The notes under the pieces were generated by a model. The model saw only the letters and a list, made by a program, of their open reading frames with translations, was not told the DNA's origin and did no database searches. A stretch of 64,000 bases of DNA from Haliotis cracherodii (lineage: Eukaryota), in assembly GCF_022045235.1 (NCBI RefSeq), contig NW_027266273.1:28706001-28770000 (forward strand), written 5' to 3'. Positions within the stretch are counted from its first letter, which is position 1; every line of letters begins with the position of its first letter. The position numbers and the translations under genes were made by a program. This document shows, in pieces, positions 12,704-24,699 of this stretch.

Positions 12704-13287
12704 CAATCTCATTAAAATCAGATCTTAGTTCTCGCTATCCCTAAACAAAGATCTGAGGACATCCCAATACGGGTCAGAACAACCTTTCATCAGACCAATC
12801 AAAGCGTCGCTTACCAGATCATGAAAGTGACAGTCGGAATGTGTTTTCTAAACACGCAACCACGAAAACGTTATTACGGGGTATTCCGAACGACTGATTA
12901 CGTCAAAATTATCGTATGTCTCTCGCTTCCGTAAGATAATCATTTCAACGGAGGAGGCGTTGCACAGTACGTGGGAAGCACTGCCATACAACTGTAGCCA
13001 TATATTAGACATTCCGGATTGTTCTTTTGTTCAGTTTTCAAAATTTTAATCAAGAATTGAGTCAACATATTTTTCAAGTGTAGTCTGAAATGGAAGTTGC
13101 CAGGTTGAAACGCGTGCCGTAAAGCTCGAGAAAGCTGCTTTCGCATTGGCTTATATCGACTTCTTGTTATTCCTTATAGATGTCGGTCAAAGTTCGCGAA
13201 AGGTCGTTCTGACGTGACCCGTAATGGGATGTCCTCAGATCTTTGTTTTGCGGCAGCGATAACTCAGATCTGATTTTAATAAGATTG
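12704..13287. mobile_element. MITE with ~85-bp terminal inverted repeats
   Basis: caatctcattaaaatcagatct...aaacaaagatctgaggacatccca.tacgggtca is inverted at 13198-13287. Flanked by caa/caa. No ORF. Confidence 0.85.
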
Positions 13288-13684
13288 CAATCATAATACA
13301 CTACAAGACAAACTGATTATTTCAAAAGGAACTGTTTGATTTCGGATTTCATTTGAAACATGAATACTTTTAAATGATGACATATGTGACTGTAAGCCTG
13401 TGCTGAAAATACGTGAAACTGGGGTCGGACACAAGATTATCAGGCGGGACCGGGTAATGGGTAAACACAACATAGGTATGTTGATTTTTCATGTGCATAT
13501 TATGTAAAAAACATACAGTGTTCAGTTGTTATATCCTCTGATTTCTTGTATAATGAAACCCAAATCAAATAATAAATTCTGAAAAAGGACCAAAGAATAT
13601 AACTTATGTTGCATATGGTTATAATCGCATTCTCGTTGAAAAGATGCATGTTGTTATTTTCAGGCGTCATAGTTTGGAAGTCAT

Positions 13685-13923
13685 AGTTGAGGGGAGTGAT
13701 CTGAGCCTAGAGTCAGAGTTTTGGGCCAGTAGAGGAGAGGGATCTGAGCCTAGAGTGTGAGTTTTGGGCCTAGTTGACGGGAGTGATCTGAGCCTAAAGT
13801 GAGTTTTGGGCCTAGTTGAGGGGAGTGATCTGAGCCTAGAGTGAGAGTTTTGCACCAGTAGAGGAGAGTGATCTGAGCCTAGAGTGAGAGTTTTGGGCCT
13901 AGTTGACGGGAGTGATCTGAGCC
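13685..13923. repeat. Minisatellite, ~44-bp unit, ~5.5 copies
   Basis: Unit gagtgatctgagcctagagtgagagttttgggcctagttgaggg. Confidence 0.93.
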
Positions 13924-13924
13924 G

Positions 13925-14609
13925 TCTAAATGTTACCCCACCTTGCTAGGCCCTGCAGTCTAAATGTTACTCCCACCTTGCTAGGCCCTGACATCTAAAC
14001 GTCATCTCCCATCTTTCTAGGCCCTGCCATCTAAATGTTACCCCACCTTTCTAGGCCCTGACATCTAAATGTTACCCCACCTTTCTAGGCCCTGACATCT
14101 AAACGTCATCTCCCATCTTGCTAGGCCCTGACATCTAAACGTCATCTCCCATCTTTCTAGGCCCTGACATCTAAACGTCATTTCCCATCTTTCTAGGCCC
14201 TGCCATCTAAATGTTACCCCACCTTGCTAGGCCCTGACGTCTAAACGTCATCTCCCATCTTTCTAGGCCCTGACATCTAAACGTCATCTCCCATATTTCT
14301 AGGCCCTGCCATGTAAATGTTACCCCGTCTTGCTAGGCCCTGACATCTAAACGTCATCTCCCATCTTTCTAGGCCCTGCCATCTAAATGTTACCCCACCT
14401 TTCTAGGCCCTGACATCTAAACGTCATCTCCCATCTTTCTAGGCCCTGCCATCTAAATGTTACCCCGTCTTGCTAGGCCCTGCAATCCAAATGCCATCTC
14501 CCACCTTGCTATGCCCTGCCATCTAAATGTTACCCCACCTTGCTAGGCCCTGCCATCTAAATGTTACCCCCACCTTGCTAGGCCCTGCCATTTAAATGTT
14601 ACCCCCACC
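13925..14609. repeat. Minisatellite with interspersed 34-bp and 36-bp variants, ~20 copies
   Basis: Units tctaaatgttaccccacctttctaggccctgaca and tctaaacgtcatctcccatctttctaggccctgcca. Confidence 0.95.
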
Positions 14610-14636
14610 CCGATACACCATCCAATCCAAATGTCT

Positions 14637-15540
14637 TAAGCATTGACTATGTACTTTTTTCGGTTCATTGAGGTATGAATCGAAAAACCAATGTGCAAAC
14701 TGTATAAATCAGCGTAGCGGATTTTACAAAGGTTTGCACAGTGGTTTTTCGATTCATACCTCAATGAACCGAAAAAAATACACAGTCAATGCTTATAATT
14801 AAATTCGACAACATAAAACGTGTTTTATCTACAATAGTTTAACCAAAAACAGTTGTATATATCAAAACAGAAAAAATGACGAGATTGATAAACATTCAAG
14901 GTGTAGGAATACATACTGTGGCGTGACATGAATCAGGTGTTCGTTTAATTTATGCACATAACTTGACACACAGTCAGTAGCCAATCAACGGAGAGCAGGA
15001 TCAAAACAATGTTCATAGGACCTGTCAATTAAGACAGGAGGCGAAAAGAACTGCAACAGTCAGACTGTAACGAACAGAAGGAAATATGTCCGGGAGAAGG
15101 CGGCTGTTTCAAATTACATGGTCAGTTACCGCCGGATTCAAACATTACTTCCCTGATTACGGTAAAACACAGTTGGAAAAATGCTAGTTAGAAATGAAAC
15201 CCGAAAACATGACTGTTGAACTGAGGTGAGCAGAAAAAAAACAGGCGAGCGAGACTGCGCGTTTGCTGTTTCATTCATTCTCGGCCTTCGGTTTCAAAGG
15301 TTTGTTTGGACAATGAATATGCATGAAAGTCGCAAAATGTCCTGTGCATGGCGATACACGTGAGCAGAAAGGGAATTCCCTCGACTGTAATATTGTAATT
15401 CCCGACATTCCGAAGTAATAAAAGTATTGCGCCTCGGTGGGCGCGGCTTAATCTTTGCAATAATGAATGCAATAACACGTGACTAATTCAGCTAATCAGC
15501 ATACAGGAATTTCAATGAACACAATGAAAATTTAAATATT
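14637..15540. mobile_element. Hairpin-ended non-autonomous element, Crypton-like
   Basis: Long palindrome at 14637-14795. Short inverted pair ataattaaatt (after the hairpin) / aatttaaatat (15529-15539), with a cacgtgact...agctaatcagc motif near the far end. Family assignment is an inference. Confidence 0.5.
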
Positions 15541-15766
15541 ATCTGATGAACATGTGTTTATTCATCACAATAGATGCTACCAGATGTTCGCAAAAAGGGC
15601 CGCGTATCCTGCCGCACCGGTTTCCCCTGTCACAAACACATGCATGCTGTTACGCTGATCAAACAACTAAGAGTCGTATGAGTCGTGTGAGCTTGAGTAG
15701 TCATTGAGGTCTAGGCAGAAAAGAGAAACTCGATTATTCCTCGAAAGCTTGAGATGTAGACACCAA

Positions 15767-16025
15767 GTGAGTGAGTGAGTTGGGTTCAAAGTCGCTTTTC
15801 ACAGTATTCAAGTTATATCACGGCGTGTCAGCTAAATGTCGGGGGAAAGCCAGAAGTGATGCAGGTCTCAGCCGTTTACCACTTCGGTGAAACCCACGAG
15901 CACGGGTATGGTGCTGACAAACCTAGAAACATAATCGGGGCAAATCGGGATTCTGGAACCGAATCACAGGTTTCTGGCGTGCCCAAGGGACGGAACTCTG
16001 CACAGCGAAACGCAGCCGTGCCCCC
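15767..16025 (-). mobile_element. tRNA-Leu-like SINE with 8-bp TSD
   Basis: Homologous to 11962-12228. Flanked by gacaccaa (15759-15766, 16026-16033). Confidence 0.88.
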
Positions 16026-16312
16026 GACACCAAAGGATGGAGCTGCAGGATAAAGATAAAGGCGGCTGTCATCCCTCACGTCATACAGTCTAAATAGCAA
16101 ATAGATATGGCGGTAACACTGGTCTCTTTCGTCTCTAGTTCACGTGGAGCTTAAGTTAAACTTGCTATTTCCTTTCCAAGTTCATTAGCGGAATGGAATT
16201 ATCGATTTGACCATTTTGGAACGATAACAGATCATCGACATACCTGAAGCTTACATTAAACGTCGTGATCAAGTTTCGCGTCAATCTGAGCAGAATGTAT
16301 ATGTATACTGTA

Positions 16313-17433
16313 TACTGAACCGTAAAAGAAACGTCACCCCAAGTAAAATTGCATGAAAAGTTTTCATTTAAATAGCTTGGTAATTGTTGTCAAAGTTATT
16401 AAAATTCCCATTCCCATGCAGCGGCAGTATCTTCAAGATCGCTTTGTTACTGCTGCGGAATCTGATCGACAGACCACGGGGACACACCAGCGACACATTA
16501 GTGCAGACACCGTGCGTCGACGACTGACGAGCAGACACCTCTACTGTCACAGGCCACACCTAGAACCCATTCTGACACCATGTCATCGCCGGGACCTTCT
16601 CTAGTGGGCAATACATCACCAGCATAAGCGCCACCAGCAGCGGAGAAGTGTCCTCTTCTCAGACAAGAGCCGTTACTGTATCTCAACAGCAGATGGCAGA
16701 GAGGGAGTCTGGCGACACCGTGGGGAACGTTATTCGGATGATTGTGCTTTTGAGAGAGAATCGTGGGGTGGTCCGAGCATCATGGTGTTTGGTGGAATTG
16801 GTCTTGCACAGAGGTTCGGTCCTGTGGTCTTCCAGAACATTGGACCAGGGAGAGGCAATGGGGTCACAGCAGCTCGGTACATTGTTCAAGTCTGGAGACC
16901 ACATGCCATACCTCATTTGGAACGTCGCCGCAACCACGAGTTTCAGCATGATAACGCCCGTGCCCACACTGCGAGAGCAGCAAGAGACTTCCTCCAGCAG
17001 AATGGCATCAGAATCATAAAGTGTCCTGCCCTCGGTCCCGATTTAAATCCCATTGAGCACCTGTGGGACGAGATTCAAAGGCGGCAGAATGACGTCCGAC
17101 CAAGGCCGACAACTGCAGCTGAACTGCATCAGGCGTTCCTCAGAGTGTGTGCCTATGGCCTTCATCAACCGCCTCATCCATTCCATGTATCGACGTTGCA
17201 CGGCAGTCATCAATGCACATGGCGGACACACGAGATACCGACTTGTGATGCCTTTTTTCTCAGACTAGAGTTGTGTTTCACTTTAAGAACATTTGACACT
17301 TTAATTTCAACTTTGATGATCAGTTTTGCCAAATTTCGCCTTTTTAAAATGTTTCAAAGTATGTTTACAGTGTTTGGACAAATAAGGTTTCTTATATATC
17401 TATCCATGGTGACGTTTCTTTTGCGGTTCAGTA
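16313..17433 (+). mobile_element. Tc1 DNA transposon, internally deleted
   Basis: TIRs tactgaaccgtaaaagaaacgtcacc / ggtgacgtttcttttgcggttcagta, TA TSD, transposase remnant inside. Confidence 0.95.
16417..17240 (+). pseudogene. Tc1 (DD34E) transposase pseudogene
   Basis: Motifs ISADTVRRRL, VLFSDKSRY, IMVFGGI, FQHDNARAHTA and PDLNPIEHLW. N-terminus missing; stop and frameshifts present. Confidence 0.93.
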
Positions 17434-18239
17434 TATAAAGAATCGTTATTTTATTGAAATGAATATATTGTCCTAGATAATATTTGAACAGTATAATCGT
17501 GCTTGAGACTGTTGAAAAAAGGTTCTGTGTAATTATGTTTTTATTTAGGCACATAGTTGTAATTTTACAACAGCATCTGGTGTTGCAGATGTTGCTGATA
17601 GGGTGTCTAATCTGCATACAAAATCAGATTCTTCTTTCATTTGGAATATGTTTTAACTTGGCAACTTGTATTGCAATTGCCAACGTTTAACAAGATTATG
17701 TAGCTATTGGAACCTTGAGATTTAAGCGAATCTCATATTCATGTTTATGTAATACCTTGAAAAAAACAAACCAAGACGTACACAGGGGAATATACGTGGG
17801 AAGCGAAATCCAGCACACGCTGATCGTTTGCAATATTCCGAACACAACTTTCGTCATTCATGGAATCAAGTTAGCTTCAATAAACTGTCCTATAAACACA
17901 GTAACATTGGGTTAAACAGGATCCAGAAATTGGATGAGTTGCTGGTGTGTCCAGAACTGATTATTACTATTTTATATGGGTGTTCCTTCGATTCCATATA
18001 GTTCGTATGTATTTATTAAATGTCATTGTACAGGTTTTGCTTATACACAAGACGTTGATTGTACAATTGTGTTATTGGATAAAAAAAACCTTCTAGGTCT
18101 GGTGAAAACCACCTTTTTCTCAGTCTCAAAGTGTCATTGAATATTCATGCATTCCAGTAAGACCCAAACCTCTTCTATTGATTTGTAATATTGACACTTT
18201 TATTTCACGTGTGCATATAGAAGTTAATATCTGTGTCGA

Positions 18240-19380
18240 TGAAACTGCATGTCAGTTCAGGCGAGAGCTGAAGGAGCCCATATTGCCTGTCAATGTCCGT
18301 GGGTTGATATTGTAACTTGACAGCCATTGCTCTTTGATCCGCAGTGATATATATTCTGACAAATCATACGATCATGGCATATCATTTATATAGCCTTGAC
18401 TAGTGTAATTTTAAAATGCAAATAAATTCCCTAATGTATGTTCCATCGCCACCTGTGCCAGGTCCAGTCCTTCGTCTCACAGACTGCCACAACCACCTTG
18501 CTTCAACAGCAGTGTTGTACAATGGTCGACAACAATAAAGCCAGTGGTGAAGTGTTCTTTTTTTACACTTTATAACCTTTGTCACGATTTTTTTGTAATT
18601 GTATTCCCTTGGTTTAGCGATTATTCTGATCGAAGTTAGTATGTTGATACACAGCATGCACAAATAGATCCCTAATAGGTCACTGTGTGCAGGTGCAATT
18701 ACTAAATCACACATCAAGAAAACCAACATTTGCAGCAATGTATATTTGTATTGAAGCTCCTAATGGATCTGTGTCAGTACATTGTTGCATCTGTTACCGT
18801 GCACACGCCCTATAGTTGTATAGACACCTGTGATTTGAAGTGACTAAATGAAGCATATTACACAGCAAAACATGCGTCCCTCCCATCCAAGGTCGTTTTT
18901 GTTAATGACACGTTACGTTGGATTCGTAATTTAGGCTGTATTGATTGCTTGTAGTGATGGTGATAAATAATGTCAGTCACATTGTGTCGATATCAGCCAG
19001 GCGTATGAGATTAATCTGAATATGAAACCAGATGTAGATAAAATATATTGGCATGTGGAATAATTAATAGCCTTGCAGGTATTGATATGACAATTCGAAA
19101 GTTGATGTATAGGCAGCGTCGAGAACATCGATGTATATTTCACGCCAATATTGTCATAGGAGCTTGCAGTTTTGTATGGGCAAATTCTTTTATTGAGTCA
19201 ACCGTGGTAAATGGTCGAATCCTGGTTGTTCTGGCTTCATTTGCCTCTTCATCATTGGAATTGTATGTGTTGCTGTCATTTGGTAACACGGCGAAATTAT
19301 TTGAGTAATGATTATATGGTATGATGAAAAGTTGTACAGATTCACAATACACTCTTACAGAAGCCGTAACCACTGTTACC
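18240..19380 (-). pseudogene. Possible ancient LINE ORF1/endonuclease remnant
   Basis: RRTGPGTGGDGTYIRE resembles the GGGVxxYIR motif of AP-endonuclease domains; SNNFAVL resembles NRFxVL of ORF1. Very decayed. Confidence 0.25.
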
Positions 19381-21189
19381 AGTCCCCATACATTGACTCA
19401 TCACTCATGGTTGTAACACGCGCGGCTTGTTAGAGTCATTCACGTCCGACGGATGTAGTAGAGCTTTTGTGAATCTGATTTGTCGAATTTACAACTGATT
19501 TAACTACGTATTCCAGACAAATCTTACTTAGGTTTCTCAAATAATGAATATTGTGGATTGACTTCGTTTCGTAAATTGCTGATTCAGCATTCAGTGACAA
19601 CCGTGTATTTGAAATCCCTCGCACTTTCAGTTTAATTGGTCACAGAAGCGATAACTATAACAACATTCTTATGAAAAAATGAAACTTCACTGTACATTAG
19701 AAATAATGCTTTTACAACTGATTTTTTCTAATTTATTCAAACGTTTACATAATGAGGCGAAGCTGTAGTATAATATGAATTTATTTATTTTTTATAGATA
19801 TTTTCCAAGTCTTTTCAAAAACATTTTTTTGTCAAGTTAAAACTGCAAAACATTTGAAAGCACGTTGTAGTTCTGACCTGGGTAAACAAGCCATGTGCTT
19901 GTGTGGCGTGAGTGTTCTAACTGAAGTGACCTAGTTGATTTGTATTCCGAATTTCTACATATACACGTATTTGTGTATGACCAAGGCTGTATTGGACTCC
20001 TCTGTTGTCTTAGCGCCATAACTCAGATCAAATATACACAAATTAACATCGTTCTGTTAGGGACCACGTAATAGCACGGTGTCGTGGTCGATATATCGAT
20101 TTATCGCATGTGTTGTGTATGACATTAATACACATAACGCCATATCAAAAGCTGATATACGGATATTAAAAAAACTAAGTAATTTAAATTACGACACATT
20201 AGGAATGTAAGCATCCAAAGTTTTATGATGCCATCGTGTACAAGGTAGAATGCTTATATTGCAAGGCAACATACACAACTACTTGGGGAAGTGTTGGCCA
20301 AAGGGGCAAACTATTGCTGATACAACACAGGACACGCCAGCGGCATTCTGGATCACAGCGTAGATATACAGCAGGGTAGCGGTCAAAGGCGCCAGGTGCT
20401 GAGATCGTATCTCGCTTGTGACCGGGTTCTAATTTAGCCTTGGGACCAACAATATTTACTGGTGTTGACAGTGTTGTCACTACCCCTAGTGTACAGTACA
20501 TTCACCCTGTGCAGAAGAACCCACTCAATCAATCTTTTTTACAGAAATACTGAAAGGCCCTAGGCCTATAGTACATATCTTTGTGGCTATGGGGTAGACA
20601 TAGTGATTTCTATTTGTTTAGGTCACTCATTTTATCATTTCTAAAATTCATTGCATGGAATATATACGCAGTCAAAGGCTTCAGTACATTAATATTTATG
20701 GAAGACATTAATTCAATAACTAACATTGATTGATGAAGGTATGCAATTCGTCAATTCTGTAATGGACAAATGGGAACAAAATGGTATTCATCGTCTATTA
20801 GCTGTAAATGACACATTCTACATGATCTAATTACCTTTGGGGTTTTGGAATATCTTCCCGTTTCAACATTCAATTCATGTGATGAGCATCTGAATCTTAA
20901 AATGGCAATTCTATATTTGTACAAGAGTGGTTTCAAAAGATATTCTGCAGTTATAAACTGTGTTTTAAACAAACTAAACTACTGACATTTTGACAATAAA
21001 GCTAACAAACAATACTACATTTGTAGGTAGGCATCATTGAGCCTAAATCATCAATGAACTTTTTATCAAACAATATCATAGTTTTATAACACATTATTGG
21101 GTCCCTATCATTTGGCATCCTTCATAACCTCAACCAATACTTTATGACCTTACTTTGTGCATATATATATATATATGGAAACCTACCAC

Positions 21190-21465
21190 GGTGAGTGAGT
21201 TTGGTTTAATGCTTTTCACAGTATTCCAGTTATATTACGGCGTGTCAGCTTAATGTGGGAGGAAAGCCCGTAGTGATGCAGGTCTTAGACGTTTATCACT
21301 TCGGTGAAACCTACGAGCACGGGTTAAGTGCGGACAAACCTAGAGACAAAATCGGGGCGAACCGGCATTTGAACCCGCACTCATAGGTTTCTGGCGTACC
21401 CAAGGGACGCAACTCTGCACAGCGAATCGCGGTGCCTTAGACAACTGGGCCACCCGTGCCCTCTA
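21190..21465 (-). mobile_element. tRNA-Leu-like SINE, full length, with TSD
   Basis: A box tggcccagttgt and B box ggttcaaatgcc on the minus strand. Flanks aaacctaccac / aaacctagcac. Confidence 0.9.
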
Positions 21466-21758
21466 AAACCTAGCACATTCACCTTTACAGCTACATTGGA
21501 AGTGTTTACATGCATAAACATGAATCCTTTCAACCGAATCTAACTGATATGCACTCTAAATTTCAGCCCCCATATTATAAAATTGGCTTTTTTTGTGTCA
21601 AAGATTTAAAAATAAATAATTAAAATTTACACTCTCAATAGATCTAAGACTGTTTAGTATCCCATAAAGATCTTTCCTTGCTTGTGTTGCAGATTGCATG
21701 GAATGAAGATTCCACGATGATTTGATAGAAAAATATACTACCAAATATTTATAGCTTG

Positions 21759-22315
21759 TACTAACTGGCAAAAGAAACGCCACCAAATAATTTTTCTGGT
21801 CTAAAACAAAACAGAAGCAAAATTTAGTAACTGTTGATCTTTTATAATGAAAAACATTTATACAAAAACGGTATTTGAAAATGACAAGATAAAAAACAAT
21901 GTGCTTATAGTTACCGGCCTGCAGCACTGCCAGTTTGGTGCACTTGAAGCAGCCCATGTTCCTGGCAACGTGCTGCTGCGTCGCTCCCATTTGCAACATA
22001 CCGATGGCTCTCTCCCTCTGGCCTGCGGTTAGTCGAGGCATCTTCGTTGTTTTAAACGCTTCATATGATGAGAGAGTACAATCCTGTTGATGTTTTATAC
22101 CAGGATTTCATACGGGAAACTGTGTGCACATTTTGTATTGTTTTGTGATAAAAGTAACTTTTCTCGCAAATCACGTGAAGCACGTGCACATGTTCACATG
22201 GAATTCTGCGTTGGATTCCAGCTATGTGTTCCCAACTGTTTTCGTGCTGTTTGGCATATTTGTTGAAAACTGACGACCATTATTTATTTGGTGGTGTTTC
22301 TGTTGCCCCCTAGTT
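21759..22315 (-). mobile_element. Tc1 deletion derivative retaining the transposase N-terminus
   Basis: TIRs tactaactggcaaaagaaacgccaccaaataa / ttatttggtggtgtttctgttgcc. MPRLTAGQRERAIGMLQMGATQQHVARNMGC starts at 22041. Confidence 0.87.
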
Positions 22316-23978
22316 GGAGTCCAGATAACTGTCTTTGTAAATCTCTCTCTCCCTTTTGGATAACATACCGCAGTCTTTCAATGCAATAACGTTAATCTTT
22401 TTCTGACAAATTGATCCAGTACAATTTGCTGACATTGACATCCGAATACAGTACTCGAAATCATTACATCATCGGCAAACAGAAGCAAAAAAATAAAAAT
22501 AGTTGAACAATATCTGCCAGCTCAATTATAAAGAAAGTAAAGAGAAAAGGACTTGTCGAACACCAACATTACATTCAAAATCTTATTTGCCATTACTTCT
22601 TACCCAAGGCTTTACTTGTTCATAGATACTTGTAAAAAGTTTCAACTTCTTCTTACTTACTCTTCGTAATTTAAGCAAGGCCCAAAGTTTATCACGTTTA
22701 AAGGAATCAAATGCTTTTAAAAAAAATGGCATAAAGTTTCCCTCTTTTACTTGATAAATAACGTTGAATTAAAGAATGTAACACAAAAACATTGTCTATA
22801 GTTGAGTAATCATCTCTAAAACAAGCTTGTGCCTCTTCTACTTTCTTAAATGATTCAGCCCAAAATACTACATCTTCTGTTAATGGTATCTAAGAATATT
22901 TTACTAAGTATCCTTAATAATGTGATGCCTCTGCAGTTATTGCTATAATTTACAATACCTTGTTTTATGAAGGGTAATGTTGTCACTACCCCTAGTGTAC
23001 AGTACATTCACCCTGTGCATTCAAATAGAACTCACTCGTCCGATGGTAGAAACACGAATACGTACATACAACCGAAACACTAGTGTCAAAACGTGTAGAT
23101 TCGCCCTTAGTTCAAATGAGGATGATATATGAAATGCAAACGGATCCACTGGTCGGGGAACAAAACAACACGCAGATACTAGTCCCCGGACACCTGTGGT
23201 ATATAAATGTATGATATAATTAATGATAATAAAGAGATGTGTTCTGGAGTAGATTGCAATTTCCCGTTGACTTCTGTGCTTGGTGGGATTTGGAAAATAT
23301 TTAATGGATGTGTATTCGGTACATGACTATAAATACTACCGACTAACAGAAAATTATAACGTATCCAAGCAACCTTTATTAAATGTATTGCATTGTCGTG
23401 AAAACACGAATGCAAGAACACACTAAGTGTTTTATTCAGCACCCAAATAGGTTTGGGACGTTGAATAAGATACTGATTGATTCCACGCTGGTTGATCATG
23501 TCAATTCTGTTCACTTCTGTAATAATATTTTCAACGACAAATACTTTCTGATAAAAAATGAAATTGGATGACTTAAATATTGTTTTCCTACATATAGCCG
23601 TAGCCATGTTAATTAACACGGGTTTTACTTATTTAAGGAGACCAGTCAATCTTGCCATTCCCTGTTGTTTGTGGTTACATTTTCTTGGGCAACATATATA
23701 ACAACCCGACAATTGATTGTTTTGTAGCAAACATATATGTGTATCTGCCACATTCACAGCGTATACTAGAACTTTGGGTAGAAAGGGGAACACAAAGGAC
23801 GTTTTTGCAGGCAAACATTTGAACAATTTTCATAGTATTTCATCCTTGTTAGGAGCAATACAAAGACACAAACATCTTCCAGAATCATCCCCTGTTAGAG
23901 ATTATTACCCACAATCAACTAGATCACATTGTGGTTTGCACACAGCAAGAATGTTAACTAAACCATCATCTAAACTTT

Positions 23979-24585
23979 GGAAGTAATTGATCTAAACAAC
24001 CCTCTACACACAGGAAGTTAGTCATCTAAACGAGCCTCTACACACAGGAAGTAAGTCATCTAAACGAGCCTCTACACACAGGAAGTAAGTCATCTAGACG
24101 AGCCTCTACACACAGGAAGAAAGTCATCTAAACAAGCCTCTTCACACAGGAAAAAAGTGATCTAACCCAGTCTCTACACACAAGAACTAAGTGATCTAAC
24201 CCAGTGTCTATACACAGGAACTAAGTGATCTAACCAAGTGTCTATACACAGGAAGTAAGTGATCTAATCCAGTGTCTACACACGGGAAGTAAGTGATCTA
24301 ACCCAGTGTCTACACACGGGAACTAAGTGATCTAACCCAGTGTCTACACACGGGAAGTAAGTGATCTAACCCAATCTTAAAACACGGGAAGTAAGCGATC
24401 AAACCCAGTGTCTATGCACAGGAAGTAAGTGATCGAACTCAGTCTCAACACACAAGAACTAAGTGATCTAACACAGCCTCGACATACAGGAACTAAGTGA
24501 TCTAACCCAGTGCCTATACACAGGAAGTAAGTGATCTAACACAGCCTCGACATACAGGAAGTAAGCGATCTAAACCAGTCTCTAC
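23979..24585. repeat. Minisatellite, 34-bp unit, ~18 copies
   Basis: Unit cacacaggaagtaagtgatctaacccagtgtcta. Confidence 0.95.
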
Positions 24586-24699
24586 CAGCAAACAGCCTTT
24601 AATGAACGTTCATAAATCGGATCACATCGCCTACTACATGAGGTGAGTTGTCACATGCTGGCTCTACCTTCTGACGTGTTGGTCAGACATCGTTACTCT

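Larger units (their letters stand above)
20525..22977 (-). mobile_element. 5'-truncated LINE (CR1/L2-group-like) with nested SINE and Tc1 insertions
   Basis: Minus-strand RT motifs NCRGITL, QACFRDDYSTIDNVFVL, KAFDS and LLFADD. C-terminal RCSSHELNVETGRY..C..C...DEYHF...C (ORF 20751-20972). Short (ATTG)n tail at ~20525. Flanking 42-bp direct repeat. Confidence 0.9.

Noticed and set aside
23380-23980. Faint RT-like motifs (similar hints at ~40500-40900, ~42600-43500, ~53650-53900, ~61000-61560)
   Set aside because: Probably ancient LINE debris, but boundaries and identity cannot be supported without a profile search.
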